A stretch of 40,001 nucleotides of DNA from Escherichia coli (GTDB lineage Bacteria > Pseudomonadota > Gammaproteobacteria > Enterobacterales > Enterobacteriaceae): assembly GCA_011601165.1 (NCBI GenBank), contig GCA_011601165.1_4547.1. One strand, given 5' to 3'. Position numbers and translations under genes: made by a program. How positions within the stretch are numbered: position 1 is the first letter of the stretch; each line of letters opens with the position of its first letter. The notes under the pieces are model-generated. The model saw nothing but the letters and a program-made list of their open reading frames with translations, was not told where the DNA came from and searched no databases. This document shows positions 19,343 through 27,562 of the stretch, piece after piece.

Positions 19343-19420
19343 TTAACCTCTTCTGCGTTGGATTAAAGTGAATACTGCGAGTGCTCCCAGCCACAGGGCC
19401 AGCAACTGTAGGTCTGTCAT
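19343..19420 (-). CDS. 25-aa hydrophobic peptide
   Basis: MTDLQLLALWLGALAVFTLIQRRRG; SD AAGAGGAGG 8 nt upstream; ATG overlaps stop of preceding ORF (ATGA). Confidence 0.4.
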   Translation of the reverse strand: MTDLQLLALWLGALAVFTLIQRRRG

Positions 19421-19617
19421 TTGGTAGCCTCCTCTTTAAGAGCTTGCTCGTGTGTCTGCTTAACCAGCTTAACCAGCCACTTGAATGTTACGTTAAGCCG
19501 TTTTGACAGCTCTGTAGGGATGACCGTGGTCTTCACCAGACCCTTGCCGTTGTGTTCTGTTACAGTCACGATTTGAGTCCCACCATTAACGCCAGTCTGC
19601 GTGTGTGCAAATTTCAT
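19417..19617 (-). CDS. hypothetical protein, 66 aa, immediately after RNAP gene
   Basis: ATG with SD AGGAG spacing 8. Confidence 0.55.
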   Translation of the reverse strand: MKFAHTQTGVNGGTQIVTVTEHNGKGLVKTTVIPTELSKRLNVTFKWLVKLVKQTHEQALKEEATK

Positions 19618-19631
19618 AACTCTCTCTCCTG

Positions 19632-22313
19632 TTAAGCGAATGCAAAGTCTGAAGACAAGATGTCTTCGATATTCAGTTTACCTTTCTTCGGAAGCTCAGG
19701 CAGCTTGTCGCGTTGGCTCTCATGAAGTTGGTATTCAAACTGCTCGTAGAAGTCAAGCAGCACATCGTTGTCGCGGTAGGTCTCGACCATCGTCTCACGG
19801 ACACCCCGGAACAGATACTCAGCGTCAGCCGGGATGGTCCCGAAGCTATCGTGAATCACTGCGAACGACATCACGCCATACTTACGGTGAGTGTGGACTA
19901 CAGTCTTGCGGAGGTGGCTACCATCTTGTGAGTGGACGAAGTTCGGGCTAATGCCTGACTCCTGCTTGTGCTTATCCAGCTCTTTCTTCGTGCCTTTATT
20001 GACTGTAGGCTGAAGGTTGAATGACCCTAAGAACATCAGGTTCAGACGCGTGGTATCCTTCTTGCGGTATTCCTGCCATACCGGGAACCCATCAGGTGTG
20101 ATCCAGTGTACCGGAAGGCAAGGCTTCAGGATTTCGCCAGTCTTCTTGTCCTTCACTTCAGCAGCCAGCAGCTTGGCAGCACCTTGAAGCCACTTCATCG
20201 CGTCAACCGCAGCAACTACGGTCACGCTCACAGCTTCCCAAATCATCTTAGCCATGAAGCGAGACGCTTGGCTTGGCTCGGTGAACATAGCGCCAGACCC
20301 TGAGTCAATCGCTGGCATTACGATGTCCTCATAAACTTGGTCTGCGAAACCATACTCTTTCGACCCGTAGGCCAGAGTCATGACTGAACGCTTAGTGACC
20401 TTGCGTGACATGCCGTAAGTCAGCCACTGCCGGGCCAGCTCTCGTGTCCCCAGCTTGAGACGTTCGGTAATCTCACCAGTTTTCTTGTCCTCGTGAGTTA
20501 CCATCTCGTTGTCCGTGCCGTTAACCAGCAGGACTTTAAGCTTCTCCTCAATGCGGTCAGATACGATGCGGTAGATGTCTTGGACCTTACCGGAAGGCGT
20601 CAGGTTTACTGCATGTCCACCGATGTGATCACGCAGCATCGCGCTGAAGTGCTGAATCCCAGAGCAGGACCCATCGAATGCTATCGGCAGCGAGCAGGAG
20701 TAAGACAATCCGTGGTGCATTACGCCAGCATACTCGAAGCAGAACGCTAGGAAGCAGAACGGAGAGTCTAACTTGCCCCACCACTCAATGCTGTCCATCG
20801 GTGCCTTAGCAGTAGCCATGATGTTGTCGTGGTTGTCTTCCACCCACTTGATGCGCTCCTCGAAGGTGACTTTATCAATACCCGCACAGTTTGCACCGTG
20901 GACCTTCAGCCATTTGAAACCGTCAGCACCAATAGGCTTACCGACTGCCAGAGTAAGGAGACCCTTCTGCATGTCGTTACCCTGAGGGTTGAACATCGGC
21001 ACAGCGTAGACGCGACCGCGCCAGTCCATGTTGTACGGGAACCAGATGGCCTTGAACTGGGAGAACTTGTTCGCCTGGTTAACGATAAAGCTCAGTGACA
21101 ATCTGCGTGACTGCCGGGCCTTCTCTCGGCGGTAGATACCAGCAGCAGCCTTCTTCCATGCCTTCAGTTCTTCCTCGGTCTCACCCGCATAGTCTTCAGG
21201 CTTCAGCGGCTCCATCTGAGGGATGTCGTCAATAGGCGTGTTGTTTAGCTTCTCGACCGTGTTCACCACTTCCAGCACCTTCTTGTTTACCTTCCAAGGT
21301 GTATTCTGGATGATGTTCACAGCGTCATAGACTTCAGGCATGTACACGTCCTCGTAACGCGCCACCGCAGACTTAGACCCTAAGCGAATCAGTGGTAGCG
21401 GTCTGCGACCTTTGGCCCAGTACCCACCGCCTACAACACCAGTCCACGGCTTAGGTGGAACGACGCAAGGCTGGTATACTGGAGCGATGCCCGCAAGGCT
21501 GAAGCCTCGTTGTGCCATCTTCTTGACCCAGAAGTCTGACAGGTGGATCATCTCGACGTCAGCCGCTGCATTGCCAGCACCGTAACGCGTAAGCTCGACC
21601 AGTTGTGTAGACTGAATGACAATCTCAAGCATCTTGATTCCAACGTGGACAGCCTCGGTCGGACTCCAAGTCCCCCACGCATCTTCTAGTTGACCTTGCT
21701 CCAGCATGGACGTCTCAACCGCTTGCATGTAGGCTTTCTTGTAGGATGCCCCTGCTCGCTTGTTCAGGTTATCAGCTATCGCCTTCTTGAAGTGCTCCTT
21801 CTCCTTGTCACGAATGCGGCCGAATCGGATTTCATCCTCAAGTGTGCGGCCTATCGCGGAGGCCATCGGTGTAATCGGTATCCCTTCAGGCTTGATCAGC
21901 TTGGAGAGGATGACCTTCAGTATGATAACCGCAGCAGACTCACAGGAGATGCGCAGAGAGCGGTCCTTTACGGCCTTCTCTTCAGTGCTCAACATGGTGA
22001 ATGCTACGCTAGGACGAGAGGTTGACAGCTTCCCGTCTGGACCTTCATGCCACTCCTTGACAGCTTGCGCAATCTTAGGTACCAGAGTCTGCATCAAAGG
22101 CTTGGCGACCTGATTGTCTGCCAGTTCCCCGCGCTCAGTCTGTCGCTCAAGGTTCTTGATGAAACGTCGCTCGCCTTCAGTGTATGCCTCATGCTCAAGC
22201 TGAAGCTGTTTGACTGCAAGGTCTTGCCCGTAGTGGTCAGCCAGCAGGTTAAACGGCTCAATAGCGTTAGATACATCAGAGAAGTCGTGTTTGTCAATGG
22301 AGATGACGCTCAT
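19632..22313 (-). CDS. 1: single-subunit DNA-directed RNA polymerase (T7 gp1)
   Basis: 893 aa; …HDSFGT…, C-terminus …DFAFA; colinear with T7 RNAP as recalled; recognition loop region differs from T7. Confidence 0.97.
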   Translation of the reverse strand: MSVISIDKHDFSDVSNAIEPFNLLADHYGQDLAVKQLQLEHEAYTEGERRFIKNLERQTERGELADNQVAKPLMQTLVPKIAQAVKEWHEGPDGKLSTSRPSVAFTMLSTEEKAVKDRSLRISCESAAVIILKVILSKLIKPEGIPITPMASAIGRTLEDEIRFGRIRDKEKEHFKKAIADNLNKRAGASYKKAYMQAVETSMLEQGQLEDAWGTWSPTEAVHVGIKMLEIVIQSTQLVELTRYGAGNAAADVEMIHLSDFWVKKMAQRGFSLAGIAPVYQPCVVPPKPWTGVVGGGYWAKGRRPLPLIRLGSKSAVARYEDVYMPEVYDAVNIIQNTPWKVNKKVLEVVNTVEKLNNTPIDDIPQMEPLKPEDYAGETEEELKAWKKAAAGIYRREKARQSRRLSLSFIVNQANKFSQFKAIWFPYNMDWRGRVYAVPMFNPQGNDMQKGLLTLAVGKPIGADGFKWLKVHGANCAGIDKVTFEERIKWVEDNHDNIMATAKAPMDSIEWWGKLDSPFCFLAFCFEYAGVMHHGLSYSCSLPIAFDGSCSGIQHFSAMLRDHIGGHAVNLTPSGKVQDIYRIVSDRIEEKLKVLLVNGTDNEMVTHEDKKTGEITERLKLGTRELARQWLTYGMSRKVTKRSVMTLAYGSKEYGFADQVYEDIVMPAIDSGSGAMFTEPSQASRFMAKMIWEAVSVTVVAAVDAMKWLQGAAKLLAAEVKDKKTGEILKPCLPVHWITPDGFPVWQEYRKKDTTRLNLMFLGSFNLQPTVNKGTKKELDKHKQESGISPNFVHSQDGSHLRKTVVHTHRKYGVMSFAVIHDSFGTIPADAEYLFRGVRETMVETYRDNDVLLDFYEQFEYQLHESQRDKLPELPKKGKLNIEDILSSDFAFA

Positions 22314-22382
22314 ACTTAAAGTCCTTGTTATTAGTCTTTCACTTAAAGTCTCTTTGGTCTTTCACTTGGAGTCTTAGACCTT

Positions 22383-22405
22383 TAGTCCTATAGTGATAGT
22401 TAAGT
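22383..22405 (-). promoter_or_regulatory. phage RNAP promoter directly upstream of the RNAP gene
   Basis: ACTTAACTATCACTATAGGACTA; about 75 nt before the gene 1 ATG. Confidence 0.7.
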
Positions 22406-22671
22406 CAGAAACATTTACATATCAGTGGGTTAGCGTGAAGATGACTGAAGTCACCATGAGTCGTGTGCTTGATGGTTGATCGTTGGTCTATCGCCTTCCA
22501 GCCTGAGACCAGAAGTTTACCATCTTCGGTGATCGGTCGTCCACCATACGCCAGACGCAGCAGTTCGGACTTATGGCCCTCAGCTATCATGCGGCGCTGT
22601 AAGAACATGTCACGCTGCATCTGCTCCACACGGCTACGGCTAGATGGTTTGTTAGTGTATGCGGTTTTCAT
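22405..22671 (-). CDS. hypothetical early protein, 88 aa
   Basis: ORF coupled to upstream gene (ATGA overlap). Confidence 0.55.
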   Translation of the reverse strand: MKTAYTNKPSSRSRVEQMQRDMFLQRRMIAEGHKSELLRLAYGGRPITEDGKLLVSGWKAIDQRSTIKHTTHGDFSHLHANPLICKCF

Positions 22672-22868
22672 TTCAGTTTGCTCCCAAGAGTTGCTATATC
22701 CCAGACGTTCGCTAAGTTGCGCATGAATCGTCCGTTAGGTTGACGTACAGTCCAGCGGCCCAGACGTACATAGTTGAATTTGTAGACTTTACGCGCTTTG
22801 TTGATGTCTCTCACCAGCACGTAGGCGATAAGTCCATAGCCTATGGCTATCAATAGTGCAAGACTCAT
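22668..22868 (-). CDS. small membrane protein, 66 aa
   Basis: N-terminal hydrophobic helix MSLALLIAIGYGLIAYVLV then basic tail. Confidence 0.55.
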   Translation of the reverse strand: MSLALLIAIGYGLIAYVLVRDINKARKVYKFNYVRLGRWTVRQPNGRFMRNLANVWDIATLGSKLK

Positions 22869-22954
22869 AGTGATTTCCGTTTAATGCAGTCGTATAACCC
22901 ATAGCCTATCAGCCAAATAACTGGCGCTAGGCAGACCCAATATCCCACACTCAT
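22865..22954 (-). CDS. 29-aa membrane peptide, paralog-like of the 66-aa protein
   Basis: MSVGYWVCLAPVIWLIGYGLYDCIKRKSL; SD AGGAG; stop overlaps next ATG; shares IGYGL with neighbour. Confidence 0.45.
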   Translation of the reverse strand: MSVGYWVCLAPVIWLIGYGLYDCIKRKSL

Positions 22955-22984
22955 AGTTAACTCCTATTAATGCAAGTGGTAATC

Positions 22985-23018
22985 TTTGAGGCCACCTATC
23001 AGTCGATGACCTCTCGTC
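22985..23018 (-). promoter_or_regulatory. conserved RNA hairpin variant, candidate RNase III site
   Basis: mRNA GAGGTCATCGACTGATAGGTGGCCTC. Confidence 0.4.
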
Positions 23019-23028
23019 TATCACTCTC

Positions 23029-23400
23029 CTACACCTCCACCGCTACAGTGGTCATCTTGGTTACAGTCATCCCACCAGCAAGCTCAACCGCATAGCGTAT
23101 CGCCTCCTCTTTGGACTTGAAGTCCTTTCCTGCAAGGTGGTAAATGTCGCCATTAACTACTTTGTTTGGCCTGCGACTCACTGATACAGCGTTACTGAGG
23201 CAAAGCTCACCCTTTAACCACTGAGCGTGCCAGCGCATTACGCTCTTATCTGATACGCCGAAGTCCCTTGCCACCATCCCCACCATGGATTCAAGTCCGG
23301 AGGTACCGTATTGTGGCTGGCGAACTAAATCATACGCCTTCGCTACTCGGATTTTAAACTCGACTGTGTAGCTGTTGCGGGTTTTCGCGTTGGTGCTCAT
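23029..23400 (-). CDS. early DNA-binding protein with transposase-type helix-turn-helix, 123 aa
   Basis: …YTVEFKIRVAKAY…MVARDFGVSDKSVMRWHAQW… resembles IS3-family OrfA N-terminal HTH; no DDE domain. Confidence 0.6.
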   Translation of the reverse strand: MSTNAKTRNSYTVEFKIRVAKAYDLVRQPQYGTSGLESMVGMVARDFGVSDKSVMRWHAQWLKGELCLSNAVSVSRRPNKVVNGDIYHLAGKDFKSKEEAIRYAVELAGGMTVTKMTTVAVEV

Positions 23401-23434
23401 TAGTATATCCTCTGTTAGTTATATAAGTGACAAT

Positions 23435-23466
23435 CAGTCAGGCCCTTCAGTCAAAGGACCTGTAGT
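23435..23466 (-). promoter_or_regulatory. RNA hairpin, candidate RNase III site (R0.5-like)
   Basis: mRNA CAGGTCCTT-TGACTG-AAGGGCCTG; related copy upstream of gene 0.3. Confidence 0.45.
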
Positions 23467-23476
23467 CTGGCACTCG

Positions 23477-23632
23477 TTACTTATCCTCAGCGTGCAAACT
23501 GTCGTGTATACGCTTGCGGCGATTGTAGACCACTTTCAAGAGACGCATAGTCGCATCGTGGTTCAACTGCCTGGTCTTGACCATAAGCCGGGCGCTAGTG
23601 ACGTGTTGCTGGCAGAGACCATAAGCTATCAT
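23477..23632 (-). CDS. small basic protein, 51 aa
   Basis: ATG overlaps Ocr stop (TGATG); not in ORF track. Confidence 0.4.
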   Translation of the reverse strand: MIAYGLCQQHVTSARLMVKTRQLNHDATMRLLKVVYNRRKRIHDSLHAEDK

Positions 23633-24144
23633 CACTCGCAGTCCTCCTCGGTAGGGTCGAACACTACGTTATCGTTGATGTCTTCGACCTTCAGGTGGCG
23701 ACCTACCGCATAGTGGTCTTTAGCACATGCAATAGCCTCGTAAAGTGATACAGCTTGCTCAATGATTATACCAGTCTTAGCGTCAACTACCCAGTATTCG
23801 TCCTCCTCGTCCTCCTCGTCGCTCTCTTCAGGCTCGAACCAGACCACCTCAGAGCTATTAGACACGTCGTTATATAATGCCTCATAGATGCGAGCTTGCA
23901 GTATACGCGTCACGTCCTTGGTCTCAGGCATCAGCCCGGAGTCTTCAAACTCATGGTCGATACCATCAGCAGCCATCACCGTGAAAATCTCGTGGTAATA
24001 ATGCGGAACCATATCGTCTACGACTTCATGCAGCGCATCGTGGTAGTCATCACCTTCAGCTATTTCATCGTACTGAATGCGCTCGTTAAATGCTTCAACG
24101 GTTGCAGCCAGCAGCTCATAGTATGCATTATCGTTACGTTCCAT
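23632..24144 (-). CDS. 0.3: Ocr-like DNA-mimic anti-restriction protein (T7 gp0.3 family) with C-terminal extension
   Basis: …VPHYYHEIFTVMAADGIDHEFEDSGLMPETKDVTRILQARIYEAL… matches T7 Ocr as recalled; 170 aa against 117 in T7. Confidence 0.85.
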   Translation of the reverse strand: MERNDNAYYELLAATVEAFNERIQYDEIAEGDDYHDALHEVVDDMVPHYYHEIFTVMAADGIDHEFEDSGLMPETKDVTRILQARIYEALYNDVSNSSEVVWFEPEESDEEDEEDEYWVVDAKTGIIIEQAVSLYEAIACAKDHYAVGRHLKVEDINDNVVFDPTEEDCE

Positions 24145-24184
24145 AGTTATATCCTCTCAAAGTTAAGTGTATGTTAGTGACTAT

Positions 24185-24225
24185 CAGTCAGGGCCTTCAG
24201 ATGTAGACTCAAAGACCCTGTAGTT
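24185..24225 (-). promoter_or_regulatory. RNA hairpin, candidate RNase III site (R0.3-like)
   Basis: mRNA CAGGGTCTT…AAGGCCCTG, imperfect stem. Confidence 0.45.
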
Positions 24226-24343
24226 AGTCGCTATCGGCGCACATTAAGAGTTTATCCAGATTTTTAAAGAGCATTCGCATTGGCTGTCGTCGCCGTGCTA
24301 GCCTGTTTCAGTGTTAGGCTTCACCGTTGTTTCAGTGTGGTAC

Positions 24344-24372
24344 ATCGTACAGCTTTTAAAGGAGGCTGTCAA
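24344..24372 (-). promoter_or_regulatory. host sigma70 early promoter (T7 A3-like)
   Basis: TTGACA-17 nt-TACGAT then GTACCACA, matching T7 A3 as recalled. Confidence 0.65.
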
Positions 24373-24490
24373 CCTGTTATTCTTTTACGCGGTGAGTGAC
24401 CGAATTCGACTCACGGCTAGTGCCTTATCCTTGGCTGGTCTCGGGCAGGTTTCTCGGTTCCTATCCCTACGCCATCTTGCTACGTGGTAC

Positions 24491-24520
24491 ATACTACTTT
24501 AAGTCGGTACAGCTTGTCAA
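24491..24520 (-). promoter_or_regulatory. host sigma70 early promoter (A2-like)
   Basis: TTGACA-18 nt-TAGTAT then GTACCAC. Confidence 0.55.
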
Positions 24521-24631
24521 CTACTTTCTGTCATCTGCCTGGTTTTCGTATGACTTATCAGGCTGTCTACTTAACCGGGATGACCCGGCGTCTTCACTAT
24601 CCGGTTGTTGCCGTGTCGTGTTGACGGAAGC

Positions 24632-24661
24632 TATTAAGCCACAGTATGGACCCATAGTCAA
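24632..24661 (-). promoter_or_regulatory. candidate host sigma70 promoter (A1-like)
   Basis: TTGACT preceded by AT-rich tract; -10 element poor. Confidence 0.3.
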
Positions 24662-24780
24662 TAGGTAATTTGAAATAATATTGATTGAGCTATCGTCGGC
24701 CCCATGGTGTAAGAGGATATAGTCTTTGACTAACATGTATTAGACCTTAAGTCTATAGCCATTGTGTCTATTAACTGTAG

Positions 24781-24875
24781 GTCTCTGACTGTAGGTGTTG
24801 GTGTCTTATGGTTGAGACAGTAGGTTAGTGAGGCTGTAGGTTGTGACTTATGGTTGAGACTTATGGTTATACAGA
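24781..24875. repeat. left-end short direct repeat array
   Basis: CTTATGGTTGAGAC twice plus CTGTAGG units on plus strand. Confidence 0.6.
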
Positions 24876-24876
24876 T

Positions 24877-25076
24877 AGGGACTCGGAGAAGACCAATAGT
24901 CCCGACCTATCGTCCCGACCTCCAGCCATAGCCTCAACCTATCGTTGACCTGAAGGCTTGACAGCTGGTCAAACCTTATGATAGACTGGAGGTATAGACC
25001 GAAGGTCTAGGGGTAGGGCCTTTGGTCGGACTGAAGGAGGGCCTATGGGGAGACTTGAGGTTCTTGAACTGTGAGA
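24877..25076. repeat. candidate direct terminal repeat, single collapsed copy (T7-like genome terminus)
   Basis: minus strand TCTCACAGT…CCCCATAGG… and …TCCCTATCTGT resemble the T7 terminal-repeat start and end as recalled; boundaries inferred. Confidence 0.3.
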
Positions 25077-25331
25077 TGTGGTCTCAAACTTTTGGTCCAA
25101 AACTCATCGTCACTACTGTAGGCCACAGCTAGCTTGCTAGCCACAGCCACTGTAGGTCAAGGACCGTATGTCAGGCGACACTAGGATAGACCAATAAGTA
25201 GGATGACCCTAAGTGAGCTTCTCTTAAGGTGTTACCTAAAGTCCTTGACTACAGTAGCTAAGGTCAGTAGAGTAGCGTCAGCTATGAACTGACCTTAGGT
25301 CTTACTTTCGTTGATTGTTACCATTACGGCG

Positions 25332-25490
25332 TTAATTACACTGAGACACCAGAGAACATACGAGAGTCTCGACCCACCCGACCCACTGGCTTCCAGCAGT
25401 AACGCCAGCAGCAAGTAGAACAGCAGCAAGAAACCTGTATGTAGCTCGATTGGTCGCCAGAGCTTTAAGTACAGCTTTGGTCTTTGCCAT
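25332..25490 (-). CDS. 19.5: gp19.5-like small membrane protein, 52 aa
   Basis: MAKTKAVLKALATNRATYRFLAAVLLAAGV…; TYRFL hydrophobic core as in T7 gp19.5 as recalled; SD AGGAGG. Confidence 0.6.
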   Translation of the reverse strand: MAKTKAVLKALATNRATYRFLAAVLLAAGVTAGSQWVGWVETLVCSLVSQCN

Positions 25491-25670
25491 ATGCTACATA
25501 CCTCCTGTATCTATGGTCGGTGACTATCTGTATTGGAGGGATTATGATTAATATCACCCTCCTTCCATCTGTGCAAGCCTTAGGTAAGAACTCGGAGTCT
25601 GCCTCCTAAGGTCTTGCATAAAGTCTGCATATGTATATTCACTACAGTAATACTATAAGTAACCGGGGGT

Positions 25671-25693
25671 CTTCCCTATAGTGATAGTTAAGT
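25671..25693 (-). promoter_or_regulatory. phage RNAP promoter (phiOR equivalent)
   Basis: ACTTAACTATCACTATAGGGAAG, after gene 19. Confidence 0.8.
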
Positions 25694-25787
25694 CCAAACT
25701 CCTTGTAAAACAGTAGGTTAGACTGGTAGTAACTATAGGTTACTAACCGCGTATTCATGCAGCTTTCACCTATAGTTATTCATTCAG

Positions 25788-27551
25788 CTAGTGGAACGTA
25801 ACGTATGACCCTAGCCCAAGCTCGTCGTCCATATCGTGAGTTACCCGGACCCCATTGTCCCAGAACTCAGTGTGGATGGACTCGAAGCCTTTCCGTGGGT
25901 TCTCCATCTGTTCCTCCAACCACTCCTCAGTGACTTCACGTTCACCTTTGTTGGCATCCTTAGCCATAGACTCAACGAAGAACTGCACACCGATAGCCAG
26001 TGCATCAAGTCGGTCATCGTGTGCCAAGGCTCCACGTTCACGAGAGATACGTGTCATCTGGTAGAAGAGAGAGTAGATAGGGTTACGAACACCATCCTTA
26101 TCAGAGGCTGACTGGTAGTCTTGGACGATAGCAGCAGCGTTAACGATAAGTCGGTGAGACCCCATGATAGGCTCCAGAACGTCACAGATGCGGAGTTCTT
26201 TCTGACCCTTACTCTTCACTTCAGTTACAGCAGCAGGATGGATACGGGCCGCTACAGGCTTGAATAGCTCAAGGTACATACCATCCCCGAAGTTGCCCTC
26301 AATGACGTACTCGTTGACCTTCCACTTACGACCAATCTTAGCCAGTGCTTCAAGCGTAGAGTCTTCATAGCCACCACGCATGCCACCAACTTCCATAGCG
26401 AAGATGTAGCCGTTGAGCTGGTACAGTACCGCATAACCAGTTTCATCCTTACCGCGACCACTAGGGTCAATGACCAGAATCTTCTGGGTGTACGAACTGA
26501 AGGCAGAACCTACAGTCTGATACGTGTGGTATGAGTCACCCATGAGTCCAACGTTAGGAACGTCCTCACGCTTGTTCTGAGGGTTAGGCAGCCATTGGTA
26601 GACCATTGGGCTGGATGCTGGGTCCAAGTCTGCTACGATAAGGTCACGGAGCTTCAGAGGGTACTTCTCAGCATCACTTAGGTTCGGGTTAAGCATAAAC
26701 TGTAGAGCGAAACCAGCTTTACCGTATGACAGCTCGCGTTCCTTCAGGTCTGTATCATCGAAGCGTACTTCATCAGTCGGACGCCAGTAGAAGGACTCAG
26801 GGTCCTCTTCAAGCTCTGCCTGAAGCATCGGTGCTAGACGGTCGCCGTAAGACTGCCAGTCCTTCCTGTCGCGTGGATAACGAGCAGGCCAGATAGTAGT
26901 GGTGTACCCACGACCTTCCAACTCACGATACAGGGTCATCTCGTTCTGAGGAGTACCCAGATAGATGATTGTACCTCCCGGCTTCAGGATAGCGTCGAAC
27001 TCTTTCACAAGCTCTGACAGACGGTCTCGTGCGGCCTGAGTCGCTGAGTTGTTCGGAACCTCCACGTCATCGGCAATCAGGATGTCAGCACGACTACCAG
27101 TCAACTGACCAGTGATACCAACGGACTTAACCGAAGGTGAGTGGTCTGGCTTGGCTGGTCCAACGTCGAAGCTGATAACCGCATCTCGCTGCCCCTGCTT
27201 AGGTTTTAGTTCCTGAAGCTGAGGCATGAGGTCGATGATTCGCTTGATGAAGATGGAGTTAGCATCGGCTCGTTCCTTTGAGGCCGACACAATCATGAAC
27301 TTCAAGTCTGGGTTGTTCCATAGCTTCCAGACAACGAAGGCACACGTAATGAAGGACTTCCCTATACCACGGAACGCCTGTAGGATGAAGCGCCTGTTGT
27401 CCCCAGCCGATAGTTTCTTCGCCATGTCAATCTGACAGCGAGTCGGGACTGGGAGTGACAGAGCTTTCCACAGTACGAACAGGAAGAACACGAAGTCTGC
27501 CTTCATACGTGCAGTCATTAGCGCCTGACGCGCCACTAAGTCTTTACTCAA
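25788..27551 (-). CDS. 19: terminase large subunit (T7 gp19)
   Basis: 587 aa; …[24 protein letters not shown]…[10 protein letters not shown]… as T7 gp19 as recalled; apparent TTG start with SD GAGGTG. Confidence 0.95.
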   Translation of the reverse strand: MSKDLVARQALMTARMKADFVFFLFVLWKALSLPVPTRCQIDMAKKLSAGDNRRFILQAFRGIGKSFITCAFVVWKLWNNPDLKFMIVSASKERADANSIFIKRIIDLMPQLQELKPKQGQRDAVISFDVGPAKPDHSPSVKSVGITGQLTGSRADILIADDVEVPNNSATQAARDRLSELVKEFDAILKPGGTIIYLGTPQNEMTLYRELEGRGYTTTIWPARYPRDRKDWQSYGDRLAPMLQAELEEDPESFYWRPTDEVRFDDTDLKERELSYGKAGFALQFMLNPNLSDAEKYPLKLRDLIVADLDPASSPMVYQWLPNPQNKREDVPNVGLMGDSYHTYQTVGSAFSSYTQKILVIDPSGRGKDETGYAVLYQLNGYIFAMEVGGMRGGYEDSTLEALAKIGRKWKVNEYVIEGNFGDGMYLELFKPVAARIHPAAVTEVKSKGQKELRICDVLEPIMGSHRLIVNAAAIVQDYQSASDKDGVRNPIYSLFYQMTRISRERGALAHDDRLDALAIGVQFFVESMAKDANKGEREVTEEWLEEQMENPRKGFESIHTEFWDNGVRVTHDMDDELGLGSYVTFH

Positions 27552-27562
27552 TGCGTCACCTC

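Noticed and set aside
24311-24668. Plus-strand ORFs 24311-24502 and 24396-24668 in the early control region
   Set aside because: They lie across the host promoter and hairpin region that is read on the minus strand; no SD; likely chance ORFs.
25725-25780. CTATAGG-containing palindromic sequences just after the terminase gene
   Set aside because: They lack the conserved ATCACTATAGG core; at most a small hairpin, not a promoter.
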